A stretch of DNA of 63,489 nt, filler included, from Octopus bimaculoides (GCF_001194135.2; 4 parts of 4 records of this genome joined end to end with filler, not necessarily neighbours in it); one strand, 5' to 3'. Numbered from the whole stretch's first letter, positions 28,655-40,594 are shown. Program-made: numbers and translations. The notes: generated by a model from the sequence alone, not told the origin.

Positions 28655-28658
<4 letters not shown>
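28253..28658. mobile_element. ~400-bp fold-back (inverted-repeat) element with hammerhead-like motifs at the inner ends
   Basis: TATTCAAAAGAATTCCAACT…AGTTGGAATTCTTTTGAATA; arms are similar throughout (e.g. CTTGCATTTTAGCA / TGCTAAAATGCAAG). Confidence 0.85.
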
Positions 28659-28693
<35 letters not shown>

Positions 28694-29212
28694 CAAATTG
28701 GGTATTGTTAGTTAATATCTTAATTCACAAATATCTTAATATTTCAGAACAGAACAGAGTTTACAAAGGTTAATATGTATAACATTAACATATAAACTGG
28801 AAACAAATATACCATTTTATTGGAAACAGAGTAATAAACTATAAAAGGATGCTTAAATTCCATGGAAGCAAGAAAAAGGCAGGAGATTTAAGTTTTTCTA
28901 ACAACCTTAATTGCCACTACAAGCAGTTTCCTTTTGTTATTTGAAGTAAAATATTTTGTTTTTATTGTATATAAAAATATGAACATCTATATATCAATAG
29001 AAATGGTCCTCCCCACAGAGATATATTTATGGAAGAAAACAATTGTTTGGACAAGTTTAATCACTTGGGATATGATGTATTCATCACTACATTTACATAG
29101 AAATTGTTATCACTGGCTGGTTATTATTTACAGGTGAGAACACAGAAGGGCTAGTTTAGAAATAGTAGGAAATTTATTTCCAATACAGGTACAATGCCAC
29201 ACATTTAGACTC

Positions 29213-29252
<40 letters not shown>

Positions 29253-30938
29253 GCTGATTGTTCTTAACTCTGGAAGAATGAAAAACTCAGGCTCAGTGGA
29301 ATTTTAATCCCGGACATAAAGGCTTGTACCTAAATACAAGGAATTTGTTTTGAAGCTAACAATTCTGCTAAATTACATCAGGAAATTAACATAAAAAAAA
29401 GTAACAGGTTCATGAACAGAGGCTCAAAGTCAGTTCATGCATAGCTTGAGACTGTTTAGTGATAAACAAGTTAAATAATGAAATTGTTTGTATTGCAGGC
29501 AGTTATCCAAAGAAGTCATCAAAAGCCAAGATAGTATCAAGGAAGTAATGAACTGCATGGAATTAAAAGTATGTTTGCTGTTAGTGAAATAGAGTCAGAA
29601 AGGCGTACCTAACATTTCAAATTGCAAAGCTGATAATCTATTTTATAAACTTATGCAGTTAATGTAATCTAAAAAAAAATAATAATAATAATAATAAACG
29701 GAAGCAGAGACAAACTAAATACAAACTATTTCATTGAATTAATAAAGAGAAAGAGGCGGGTGGGACGTTAATCGAACAAGAGAAAAAGAGTTACAACGGT
29801 GTACAACATACAAGAAAACCATCTCAACAGTATTCAGGTTCAAATTACGGCTGTCCGGTATCGGTCATTTTCATAGATATTTTCCTTAAACTGATTTTCA
29901 TTAAATGTTTTTAAACAAATAGTCAATATTGCTATGTTGTTTGATACACACGTGTTGACGTATAACTAGCTAATGTAATATTAACGAAATGAAAGTGAAG
30001 TAGGTTAGACGTGGTAACAGCTGTATAGTTTGGCAATACTATTATACGTTAGTCAAACTGAAATTAAATTATGAATCAAATACAAATATAGTGAATATCC
30101 TAATATTCCTTACTTAGGTTTACAAAAATACGTATTTTCTTTACTTAGAAAATTAATTTAGATACAAGAAATCAAAACAGTACATGTCATAAGTTTAGTT
30201 TCAACACACAGACGATGGTTAGGTAAACAAAAGTTGCTTTGAAAATTATTTCTTGTATTTTGCATTTCAATTGTCTTATACAAACACACACAACAGTTCA
30301 TGTTGGGAGACGAACAGACAAATAAGGATAGAATTTTAATGAAAATATGTTGTTCATGAATTATCACATATATATTAGTTTTCTAAAATGATGAACTTAT
30401 AGTTGTGGCTTCATCTTTTTTTATTATTATTATTGTTTATTTTCAGAGTTTATATTGCTGCAGAATAAAAGTTGTGTGAAAGTAGTGAGAGAATAAAACA
30501 GTGAAAGGTTGTAGCCGTCGGCAGAGTTGGGAGACAAAAAACCATTCAGAAGAAAAGTATTTCTTTCTTTATGTTATATGAAACACGTATAAATAAGATT
30601 AGGCTGGTGTTTTGTGATTGTTATTGTAATGACTATAATTAGCAGATTTCCAGAGAGGTGTGCGGCTGTTTAAATTATGATTGGTAATCACCTCAAATAG
30701 TAATGTGGCAGGACAAAAAGATGGGAAAAACTCATACTCAAAATATTCCATAGTATCAGAATTTTCTTGCTTTTTTTCTTTTTTAAATAAAACGTAAGAT
30801 ACGGGTGTTTTTCACTTCCTTTTTTCGTTTCCGTTTGGCAGGGAGGAAGCAGTTGTGAATCATCCAGAGAAGTGTTGACTGCTTGGTATGAAACATCACG
30901 ACCCACTTTTTACAATGAAATAAACATGTAATACATTA

Positions 30939-31118
30939 TTACACCAAGTTCCGTTTTCTGGCATAGTAACCTAAACAGGCACATATGCCGAGAATGCCAA
31001 CCACGAGTCCCAGCACCAGTGCCAGTGCATCACCGGCATCGAACGCCGACACTCCTGGAGTGAGAAAAGCGAAAATTAGAAGAAACGACAGAGACACAAA
31101 ACTCACCAGGTCAGCCAT
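30939..31118 (-). CDS. SMIM30: Small integral membrane protein 30 (MAVI1-like) microprotein, 59 aa, single coding exon
   Basis: Manual translation: MADLVSFVSLSFLLIFAFLTPGVSAFDAGDALALVLGLVVGILGICACLGYYARKRNLV*. Signal-peptide-like N-terminus, then AGDA-x-A-L...GICACLG-x-YARKRN, matching human SMIM30 as recalled (…EAGDAIALLLGVVLSITGICACLGVYARKRNGQM, also 59 aa). ATG at 31116-31118, TAA at 30939-30941. Confidence 0.92.
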   Translation of the reverse strand: MADLVSFVSLSFLLIFAFLTPGVSAFDAGDALALVLGLVVGILGICACLGYYARKRNLV

Positions 31119-31536
31119 CTTTAAACACTACAACACGTGACACACAATTTATAAGAAAGAGAAGAAGGAGGCGTGTCGCCACGAACGACGACTCCTCACA
31201 TGTGACAACATCTATATAGAGAGATTGATAAATAGATTATACACACATCCGTGTATGTATATAATATAAAGAGAGAGAGAGAGAAAGAAAGGGGGAATTC
31301 AGGTAAATCAGCTATGTGGTTACAATTTGAAGGGAGTCAACTCACTTAATTTACCTTTCACAAACGAATTCGTTTTATTTACTTTTGCTCGTGTATATAA
31401 CCTTAAAAAGTGCATAATAAATCATTCGTATTTAGCACTAATCACTTAGAAAATTTAACGGCTAGTTTGAAAAGAGTCTTACGTTTTTTCACTTTTAGCC
31501 TAAGTTTATGACCAACTTTACACGGACTTGTGTACA

Positions 31537-31580
<44 letters not shown>

Positions 31581-32870
31581 NNNNNNNNNNNNNNNNNNNN
31601 NNNNNNNNNNNNNNNNNNNNNNNNNNNNNNNNNNNNNNNNNNNNNNNNNNNNNNNNNNNNNNNNNNNNNNNNNNNNNNNNNNNNNNNNNNNNNNNNNNNN
31701 NNNNNNNNNNNNNNNNNNNNNNNNNNNNNNNNNNNNNNNNNNNNNNNNNNNNNNNNNNNNNNNNNNNNNNNNNNNNNNNNNNNNNNNNNNNNNNNNNNNN
31801 NNNNNNNNNNNNNNNNNNNNNNNNNNNNNNNNNNNNNNNNNNNNNNNNNNNNNNNNNNNNNNNNNNNNNNNNNNNNNNNNNNNNNNNNNNNNNNNNNNNN
31901 NNNNNNNNNNNNNNNNNNNNNNNNNNNNNNNNNNNNNNNNNNNNNNNNNNNNNNNNNNNNNNNNNNNNNNNNNNNNNNNNNNNNNNNNNNNNNNNNNNNN
32001 NNNNNNNNNNNNNNNNNNNNNNNNNNNNNNNNNNNNNNNNNNNNNNNNNNNNNNNNNNNNNNNNNNNNNNNNNNNNNNNNNNNNNNNNNNNNNNNNNNNN
32101 NNNNNNNNNNNNNNNNNNNNNNNNNNNNNNNNNNNNNNNNNNNNNNNNNNNNNNNNNNNNNNNNNNNNNNNNNNNNNNNNNNNNNNNNNNNNNNNNNNNN
32201 NNNNNNNNNNNNNNNNNNNNNNNNNNNNNNNNNNNNNNNNNNNNNNNNNNNNNNNNNNNNNNNNNNNNNNNNNNNNNNNNNNNNNNNNNNNNNNNNNNNN
32301 NNNNNNNNNNNNNNNNNNNNNNNNNNNNNNNNNNNNNNNNNNNNNNNNNNNNNNNNNNNNNNNNNNNNNNNNNNNNNNNNNNNNNNNNNNNNNNNNNNNN
32401 NNNNNNNNNNNNNNNNNNNNNNNNNNNNNNNNNNNNNNNNNNNNNNNNNNNNNNNNNNNNNNNNNNNNNNNNNNNNNNNNNNNNNNNNNNNNNNNNNNNN
32501 NNNNNNNNNNNNNNNNNCTATAGCCTTGGACCGACCAAAGCCTTGTGAGTGGATTTGGTAGACGGAAACTGAAAGAAGCCCGTCGTATATATGTATATAT
32601 ATATATGTATGTGTGTGTATATGTTTGTGTGTCTGTGTTTGTCCCCCCAGCATCGCTTGACAACCGATGCTGGTGTGTTTACGTCCCCGTAACCTAGCGG
32701 TTCGGCAAAACAGGCCAATAGAATAAGTACTAGGCTTTCAAAGAATAAGTTCTGTGGTCGATTTGTTCGACTAAAGGTGGTGCTCCAGCATGGTCACAGT
32801 CAAATGACTGAAACGAGTAAAAGAGTAAATGAGAGTATATGGGTATAATAAAAATTCGAACATTTCTCGT

Positions 32871-32877
32871 CGGAAGT
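32871..32877 (+). promoter_or_regulatory. ETS/GABP-like CGGAAGT motif upstream of SUPV3L1
   Basis: CGGAAGT about 150 nt 5' of the ATG in a small CpG-containing patch; motif match only. Confidence 0.2.
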
Positions 32878-33022
32878 ACTTTGCATTAGAGTAAGTCACC
32901 AGAGTCATCTCCCCTGCCAAAACACGCGGTGCACATAGCCTAGACACAGCAATGACACAAACAGGGACGAAATTATATTTAAATACAATATATGAATACA
33001 AAAAGGAATTTGATTTGCATCA

Positions 33023-33290
33023 ATGGCTCTAATATTCGCTGTAAGATCTACAAAATATTTTCGAAACACTGTTAGTGTATCTAAACTATATCATCGTCAT
33101 ATTTCTTGTTTAAACACGGTTCATCATATTTCTCATCGATCGTCTGCTGATATATTTTATTTACCATGTCGTTGGAAAAATTCCGGCCAAAACAAGGATT
33201 TAAGTTCTTTATTCTATCCTGTGAGAGCTTCTCCGATGAATAAAGACAGTGATAATATCGGGGCCGAACTCAGTGGGACACTTAATAAAG
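33023..33290 (+). CDS. SUPV3L1: SUV3 mitochondrial ATP-dependent RNA helicase, exon 1 (mitochondrial presequence)
   Basis: MALIFAVRSTKYFRNT…SSLFYPVRASPMNKDSDNIGAELSGTLNK. The basic, acid-free N-terminus is presequence-like; SLFxP and GAEL match SUV3. Ends AAG|GCAAGT (GC donor, phase 1). Confidence 0.88.
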
Positions 33291-35358
33291 GCAAGTATGT
33301 GACCTTCGTGTATTAATGTAATAAATATTCGGTAATTAACAAAATACACGGTACCCGGTTTAATATGACAACCTGATTCCTGGATAATTTCAGCTAAATT
33401 TACTGTTTTGCTGGTTTTCGGATTAAATTTCCTTGTTTCACCCTCACCTACATTTTGTCTGCACACTTTCAGATTTGGTTTTGGCCCCATTAAGCGTATA
33501 CATCTAGGGAAGCTTGTAAAGGTCATGTTCCCGAACTTATAAACAAAGAATTTTTTATATTTGCGAACAAACGGCCCGACTTCACAGTAAATCTCATATC
33601 TAGTTTTAATCGTGTTTCCCATGAATATATTTTTTGTATTATTTTCATCATTGTAAAAATTGTATATATTTACTTGTTATTTCTATTTAATATTACTCAT
33701 ATTCATTGTGTACAAGTTACATGTCGACGAAATAAAATATGGCAAATATTGTAATCTACTCAGGCATAAAATATTTCAGCCGATAACTTGGGGTCTCTTT
33801 CTTTCAAGTTTATTTCCGAAATGGGTTTCAAAATGTTGGAGGTGTTGGGCCAGGCTTTACGTCTACAAAGCTGCTCCAGAGAATTTCGATTACAATCGTG
33901 AGGGGACAACATCGCATGTGTGGTTTCTGGTGCTACTGTCAAAATAAATTATAAGCTATGTCCCGTGTATTTAATAATTATTTGTATAGAGTGATAAGAA
34001 GAAGAAAAACATGTATGTGTGATTTATACTCAGTAAGAAATTAACTATGTTGTCATTTTGTCACGTTAAGGCTTCGTTGATATCTTATTATTTAGTTTTA
34101 AGTATTAATAATTATCCATGTATTTATGTTTATATCACCGGTCGAAGAGGACGAAGTAATTTTCGGCAATGTAGCAACTTATCATCCTTACATCTTCTTA
34201 TATCGAGAAAAGCGATTATCTCATGTTGAATGTGAAGGTTGATGTTTGCGGTTTATATACGACGACCTACATTTTTCAGGGTCGAAAGAACTCTTGTATC
34301 TCGTCTTTGAAATACGATTTCCGGTGTACCGGTGGAATTTGATGACTATGGTTTGAGTCTTCGTTGAAATCATGTTATTCAATATTAAAGTCTTTTTTTC
34401 CCTGTTTTCGTGGAACGTTGATAGGTAGTGGCCACTCGTACTAAATTTTAATTTGAAAATTAAGCTTGTTGATTTCTTTTAACGAAGCGTTATATCGGGG
34501 AAAGTTACGCGGGGTCCAGATGGGCTATATGTAATCTGAACCTTTCCCCCTTATTTATTTATTTTTTTTACGGAATCCTACGTTTTAGGCTATGGAGATT
34601 CCGATTCTGAAAAAAAATTTTCCAAAAATCTCAATTTCAAAATTTCGCCTCCCCCCCCCCNNNNNNNNNNNNNNNNNNNNNNNNNNNNNNNNNNNNNNNN
34701 NNNNNNNNNNNNNNNNNNNNNNNNNNNNNNNNNNNNNNNNNNNNNNNNNNNNNNNNNNNNNNNNNNNNNNNNNNNNNNNNNNNNNNNNNNNNNNNNNNNN
34801 NNNNNNNNNNNNNNNNNNNNNNNNNNNNNNNNNNNNNNNNNNNNNNNNNNNNNNNNNNNNNNNNNNNNNNNNNNNNNNNNNNNNNNNNNNNNNNNNNNNN
34901 NNNNNNNNNNNNNNNNNNNNNNNNNNNNNNNNNNNNNNNNNNNNNNNNNNNNNNNNNNNNNNNNNNNNNNNNNNNNNNNNNNNNNNNNNNNNNNNNNNNN
35001 NNNNNNNNNNNNNNNNNNNNNNNNNNNNNNNNNNNNNNNNNNNNNNNNNNNNNNNNNNNNNNNNNNNNNNNNNNNNNNNNNNNNNNNNNNNNNNNNNNNN
35101 NNNNNNNNNNNNNNNNNNNNNNNNNNNNNNNNNNNNNNNNNNNNNNNNNNNNNNNNNNNNNNNNNNNNNNNNNNNNNNNNNNNNNNNNNNNNNNNNNNNN
35201 NNNNNNNNNNNNNNNNNNNNNNNNNNNNNNNNNNNNNNNNNNNNNNNNNNNNNNNNNNNNNNNNNNNNNNNNNNNNNNNNNNNNNNNNNNNNNNNNNNNN
35301 NNNNNNNNNNNNNNNNNNNNNNNNNNNNNNNNNNNNNNNNNNNNNNNNNNNNNTCGTA

Positions 35359-35407
<49 letters not shown>

Positions 35408-35466
35408 ATATGTTTGTGTGTCTGTATTTGTCCCCCCCAACATCGCTTGACAACCGATGCTGGTGT

Positions 35467-35514
<48 letters not shown>

Positions 35515-35896
35515 GTGTGATCTTTGTGTCTGCATGTGTGTTATCCTAGTGTCTGATGGTAAGTGGAGTGGGTGGGGCACTAGGAATGTGAACTTAGAAC
35601 CAAGGGGCAACAGCCTGAAAGTTTGGGAACCAGTGGACTAGAGGAAAGGTGAAGGAAATAGAATTGCATCAGAGAGGAGGAGTTAAGAAGGTGAGGGGAA
35701 GAGCAGCAGTAACAAAAACCAGAAGCAGACAAGGAACATGGAGATGATGTGAAGTGTAGTGAGCGAGGGAGGGAAGGACAGTGACAGGAACAGGGGTCAG
35801 TCAGAAGGATGTAGGGATAGCTATAGTGATGAACAAAGGCGCCCACCTTGTCAAACCAAAAACCTATAACACCCAAATCAATAAGACAGTCTTCAT

Positions 35897-36067
35897 ATAT
35901 TCTGTTGTGTCTGGGGAGAGTCATTTTCCTTTCGTGCCTTAAAATTTAACACACTCACCGTTAAAATTTCCAAAAAAAAAAAGAAAAGAAGTGGAAATTT
36001 TAACGGTGTGTGTGTTAAATTTTAAGGCACGGTAAGAAAATGACTCTCCTCAGATACAACAGAATAT
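35897..36067. repeat. Fold-back inverted repeat, ~76-bp arms with A-rich spacer, in SUV3 intron 1
   Basis: ATATTCTGTTGTGTCTGGGGAGAGTCATTTTC…AATTTCCA / TGGAAATTT…GAAAATGACTCTCCTCAGATACAACAGAATAT. Confidence 0.85.
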
Positions 36068-36246
36068 GCTTCAACACACGAAATCACATAAAAAATCTTG
36101 CAAACCAAATCCAAAAACAAAAAAGAGTAACTAAATCACTCTCTACTCACAGCCTACCATCTACAAAAAGATGGGGTAATCAAAACAGGAACACCTTTTA
36201 TCTGGGGTCTACTCGATCAGGGCTGCTGAGGTTAAACAATAATAAT

Positions 36247-36600
36247 CATTATCATCATCATTTAACGTCCCCTTTCCATGCTAGCATGGGTTGGATGATT
36301 TGACTGAAGACTGGTGAAACCAGATGGCTACACCAGGCTCCAATCTGATTTGGCAGAGTTTCTACAGCTGGATGCCCTTCCTAACGCCAACCACTCCGAG
36401 AGTGTAGTGGGTGCTTTTATGTGACACACTGTACGAAGACCAGTCAGGAGGTACTGGCAATGGCCATGATCGAAATGGTGTATTTTACATGCCACCTGCA
36501 CAGGAGCCAGTCCAGCGGCACTGGCAATGATCTCACTCGAATGTCTTTTCACGTGCCACTGGCACAAGTATCAGGAAGGCGACGTTGGTAACGATCATGC
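36247..36600 (-). mobile_element. 3' end of a (GAT)n-tailed LINE-like/RTE-type element; copies ~37459-37555 (-), 38190-38620 (-), 48408-48568 (+), 50030-50329 (+)
   Basis: Shared …CCAACCCATGCTAGCATGGAAA-x-x-GGACGTTAAA(C/T)GATGATGAT tail with variable 5' truncation. Clade assignment is inference. Confidence 0.7.
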
Positions 36601-36912
36601 TCAAATGGTGCTATAAACCATAAATGAATTCCGTCCCACTTTCCCACGTAAATAAAATAAGTCCTTGTAATTTAATCATTTGATTCAATCATTAGTGATC
36701 TTTTGTTTTAATATTCTTTCAAAACGTTTTTTTTTCTTTTGCGACCATGCTGGAGCATAACCTTCAAAGATTTTAGTCAAATGAATCACTTTCAGTACTT
36801 TTCTTCAAGCCTGGTCCTTATTCTTTATCAGTCCCTTTTTGCCAAACTACTAAGTCATGGAGATACAAAACAAATCAAAACCAGTTGTCAAGCAGTGGTG
36901 GATGACAAATAC

Positions 36913-36959
<47 letters not shown>

Positions 36960-38010
36960 CTCGTCTAGTGGCGGGCAAGTCCTGTGCATGTGAACTTTCT
37001 CCAGCACTCCCATGTGAGGGCCTGTACCTTCCCTTGCCATCATTAAATAGATTACAGGAACTTCCATGATTAGACTTGGGATAAATAAAGGAGCGGTTTC
37101 TCATTGCCATCTCCAGGCAGGTGGGATTTGAACTCAGAATGTAGAGAGCTGGAAGATATACTGTAAAACATCTCTGCCAGCCAACACACCACTAATTCTG
37201 CCACTCTCCCCCTAGTAGAGCAACATGAAATGAAATGTTTTGCTTATGAGCACAATGCACTGCCTGGTCTGGTAACTGAACCCACTGTTTGACAATCGAG
37301 AGAGCAACAAGCAAACCACGAGGCCATGATGGGTTACTTTCAGTTTCTGTCAAACAAATCCACTCACTAGGCTTTGGTCAGTCCAGGGTTGCAGTAGAAG
37401 GCTCTTGGGAACGGTGTCATGTAGCCGGATTAAACCTGAAACGATACGGTTGGACTTACATCATCATCATCATCGTTTAACGTCCGCTTTCCATGCTAGC
37501 ATGGGTTGGATGATTTGACTGAGGACTGGTGAAACCGGATGGCAACACCAGGCTATGTTCACAATGTAGTGTTTGTCTCAACAACATATCTAATATGAAT
37601 GAGACAATGTGACCACTAAATTAAACCACACTCTACAGCAAATGTTTTCAACACCTGATGTGTCATAACACATAAGTGTGCCATGAGTTTCTGTATTTTC
37701 AATACAGAGGCACATAAACGAGGGACTTCTTTCAATTTCCCTGTACCAAGTCCACTCAAAAGGCTTTGTTCAACTTAGAGCTGATGTAGAAGGCACTTAC
37801 TCAAGGTGTCATGCAGTGGGATTGAATCCAAAACCATGCAGTTGGGAAGCAAACTTCTTACCACACAGCCATGCCTGTGCATGTGCATCCACACACATAC
37901 ATACACATGAGTAAATGGCAGAATTTGTAGAGCATCAGACCACAGTATATTGTGATATTTAGTTGTGTTCTGAGTTACTTCGTAACATTTTTTCCATCTT
38001 TTGTTTTCAG

Positions 38011-38088
38011 CCGACTTATTGCAATTGTTAAATACATTTTATCAGAAGCCTGAAATCCGAGCACTTGCTGCTGAGAATGGATTAGACA
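38011..38088 (+). CDS. SUPV3L1: SUV3 exon 2
   Basis: ttttcag|(A)DLLQLLNTFYQKPEIRALAAENGLD|gtaagt, 78 nt, phase 1/1; matches FYKRKEIQKLGADYGLD as recalled. Confidence 0.92.
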
Positions 38089-39308
38089 GTAAGTATTCGT
38101 TTTTCTTTTTAATTACATTTCGTAGATGAAATAAACATCAGAGATGCTATGCCCCACACTGAAGCTGCTGGAATTACTCAGAGATTTTGCATGCTCTTCT
38201 ATATTCATTACAATGCTGGAAACCCTTTTGCATTGTCAGCAGGTATCAGTCCAGCGGCAATGGCAATGCCCTTGCTTGAATGTTGTTTTCCACATACCAC
38301 CGACACAATTGTCAGTAAGGCGACGCTGGTAACGATCATGCTCGAATGTTGCTTTTTACGTGCCAGCAGCACGGGGGCCAGTCAGTGGCCCTGGCAACGA
38401 TCACGCTTGGATGGTGCTCTTAGCGCTCCACTAGCACAAATGCCAGTCATGCGGTGCTGTCATCGAATCTGATTTTGATTTCACTTGCCTCAACAGGTCT
38501 TCACAAGCAGAGTTTAGTGTCCAATGAAAGAAAGGTACACCTAAGTGGGCTGATTACACCACTGGCATAGGCCACAGGTTATGGTCTCACTTGGCTTGCT
38601 GGGTCTTCTCAGGCACATTGTCTAAAAAGGAAAAGAGTTAAGCATATATATAGAAACTCATAAAAGATCCATTTATAAATGACTCATAAGAAACCCATTT
38701 GAAATATGACATTTCATGTGAGACCACCTAATAATTGATTAATTATTCAATTGATTGGTAGTAAAACTGAAGTTTTCTATTGACGGCATGAACCTACCAA
38801 AACACAATATGATTTATCAACTTGTTTTCACATACAATGTTGTTGGCACTCCGTCGCTTATGACGTCGAAGGTTCTCATTGATCCGATCAATGGAACAGC
38901 CTGTTCATGAAATTAACGTGCAAGTGGCTGAGCACTCCACAGACACGTGTACCCTTAACGTAGTTCTTGGGGATATTCAGCGTGACACAGTGTGACAAGG
39001 CTGACCTTTTGAATTACAGGCACAACAGAAACAGGAAGTAAGAGTGAGAGAAAGTTGTGGTGTTGTAGTGAAAGAGTACAGCAGGGTTCACCACCATCCC
39101 CTGCCGGAGCCTCGTGGAGCTTTTAGGTGTTTTCGCTCAATATACACTCACAACGCCCGGTCTGGGAATCAAAACCGCGATCCTATGACCGCGAGTCCGC
39201 TGCCCTAACCACTGGGCCATTGCACCTCCTCACATACAATAAGAACCATGGAAAACAAAAATAATGATACTAAATATTGATTTTTTATTTTTATCTTTCT
39301 CATTTTAG

Positions 39309-39416
39309 GAAAACTTTTTCATGAAGCTTACATCAGTTTCCGACAGTTTTGTTCAGCGCTTCAAAACTTGAATGCTGACCTTTACATCATAATGAATGAC
39401 ATCATTCATGGAGCTG
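39309..39416 (+). CDS. SUPV3L1: SUV3 exon 3
   Basis: ttttag|(R)KLFHEAYISFRQFCSALQNLNADLYIIMNDIIHGA|gtatgt, 108 nt, phase 1/1. Confidence 0.93.
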
Positions 39417-40594
39417 GTATGTTGTTAATTATCTTGATGTACATTTTAATAAAAATAATATACAATCCTCTCTCTTTCTCTCTCCCGCTCTTTCCTTCTC
39501 TCTGTCTGTCTTTCTCTTTCTCTTCAAAAGACATCTCTCTCTTTACTTGTTTCAATCATTTGACTGCAGCCATGCTGGAGCACCGCCTTTAGTCGAGAAA
39601 ATCGACCGCAGGACTTATTCTTTGTAAGCCTAGTTTTTATTCTATCGGTCTCTTTTGCCGAACCTCTAAGTTACGGGGGACGTAAACACACCAGCATCGG
39701 TTGTCAAGCGATGTTGGGGGTACAAACACACACATATATATATACATATATACGACGGGCTTTTTTCAGTTTCCGTCTACCAAATCCACTCACAAGGCTT
39801 TGGTCGCATCTGTATACTTTGTAATTATAAATAAGTATAGATGATTGATGGGCATTGAAACAATGCAGATTAAACAAGACATTACATTTATTCAGTATAT
39901 TGGTCTTAACATGTTGCTAGTAACAACATTTTCCTCTTCTTACATCACCATGAAGTGAGTTCCACAAGACTAATTGGCAGTGACCAGATAGTTGTAGCTG
40001 TCTTTGTCTGATCTTCTCGCTAACTTTAGAGGCAGTGATGGTGGACCGAGTGAAAGCTCGTGGCTTAGTGGGTAGGGTGTCTGCATCATGATCGTAAGAT
40101 TGTGGTTTCGATTCCTGGACCGGGCGACGCGTTGTGTTCTTGAGCAAAACACTTCATTTCATGTTGCTCCAGTCCACTCAGCTAGCGGAAATGAGTAACA
40201 CTGCGATGGATTGGCATCCCGTCCAGCTAGGGAACACATACACCATTGAAACCGGGAAACCGGGCCCATGAGCCTGGCTAGGCTTTAAAAGGGTGAAGAG
40301 AGAGAGATGGCGGACCGAGAAGTGTAGTAAACAGACTTCATAGCTACGGCCTGGGTTGGAACCCTGCCATAATAATAGTAATAATGTTGCTTGACCATGA
40401 TTTGAGCTTGATAAAGTTGAAAACTTGAATTAACTTATCTTTCTTTCTATACTGCATTGTTTGAATTTTCTATGTCCATCTGTAAAATGGTTCGTGTTAG
40501 GAAGGATATCCAGCTGTATGGACCATGACATTGTAGCCTTTTTTAATTTTTTATTATTATTAATATGAGTTTATTGTGTGTTTCTTAATTTCAG

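Larger units (their letters stand above)
22746..30479 (+). other. Candidate unidentified spliced gene or pseudogene (exon-like segments 22746-22819, 24122-24146, 24235-24262, 28748-28830, 29001-29133, 29499-29568, 30447-30479)
   Basis: Non-repetitive segments bounded by AG/GT (e.g. tttcag|…atg|gtattt, ttgcag|…aaa|gtatgt, cag|gtgaga) can be chained in frame. Some sites are weak and alternative frames exist. No confident product. Confidence 0.3.
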
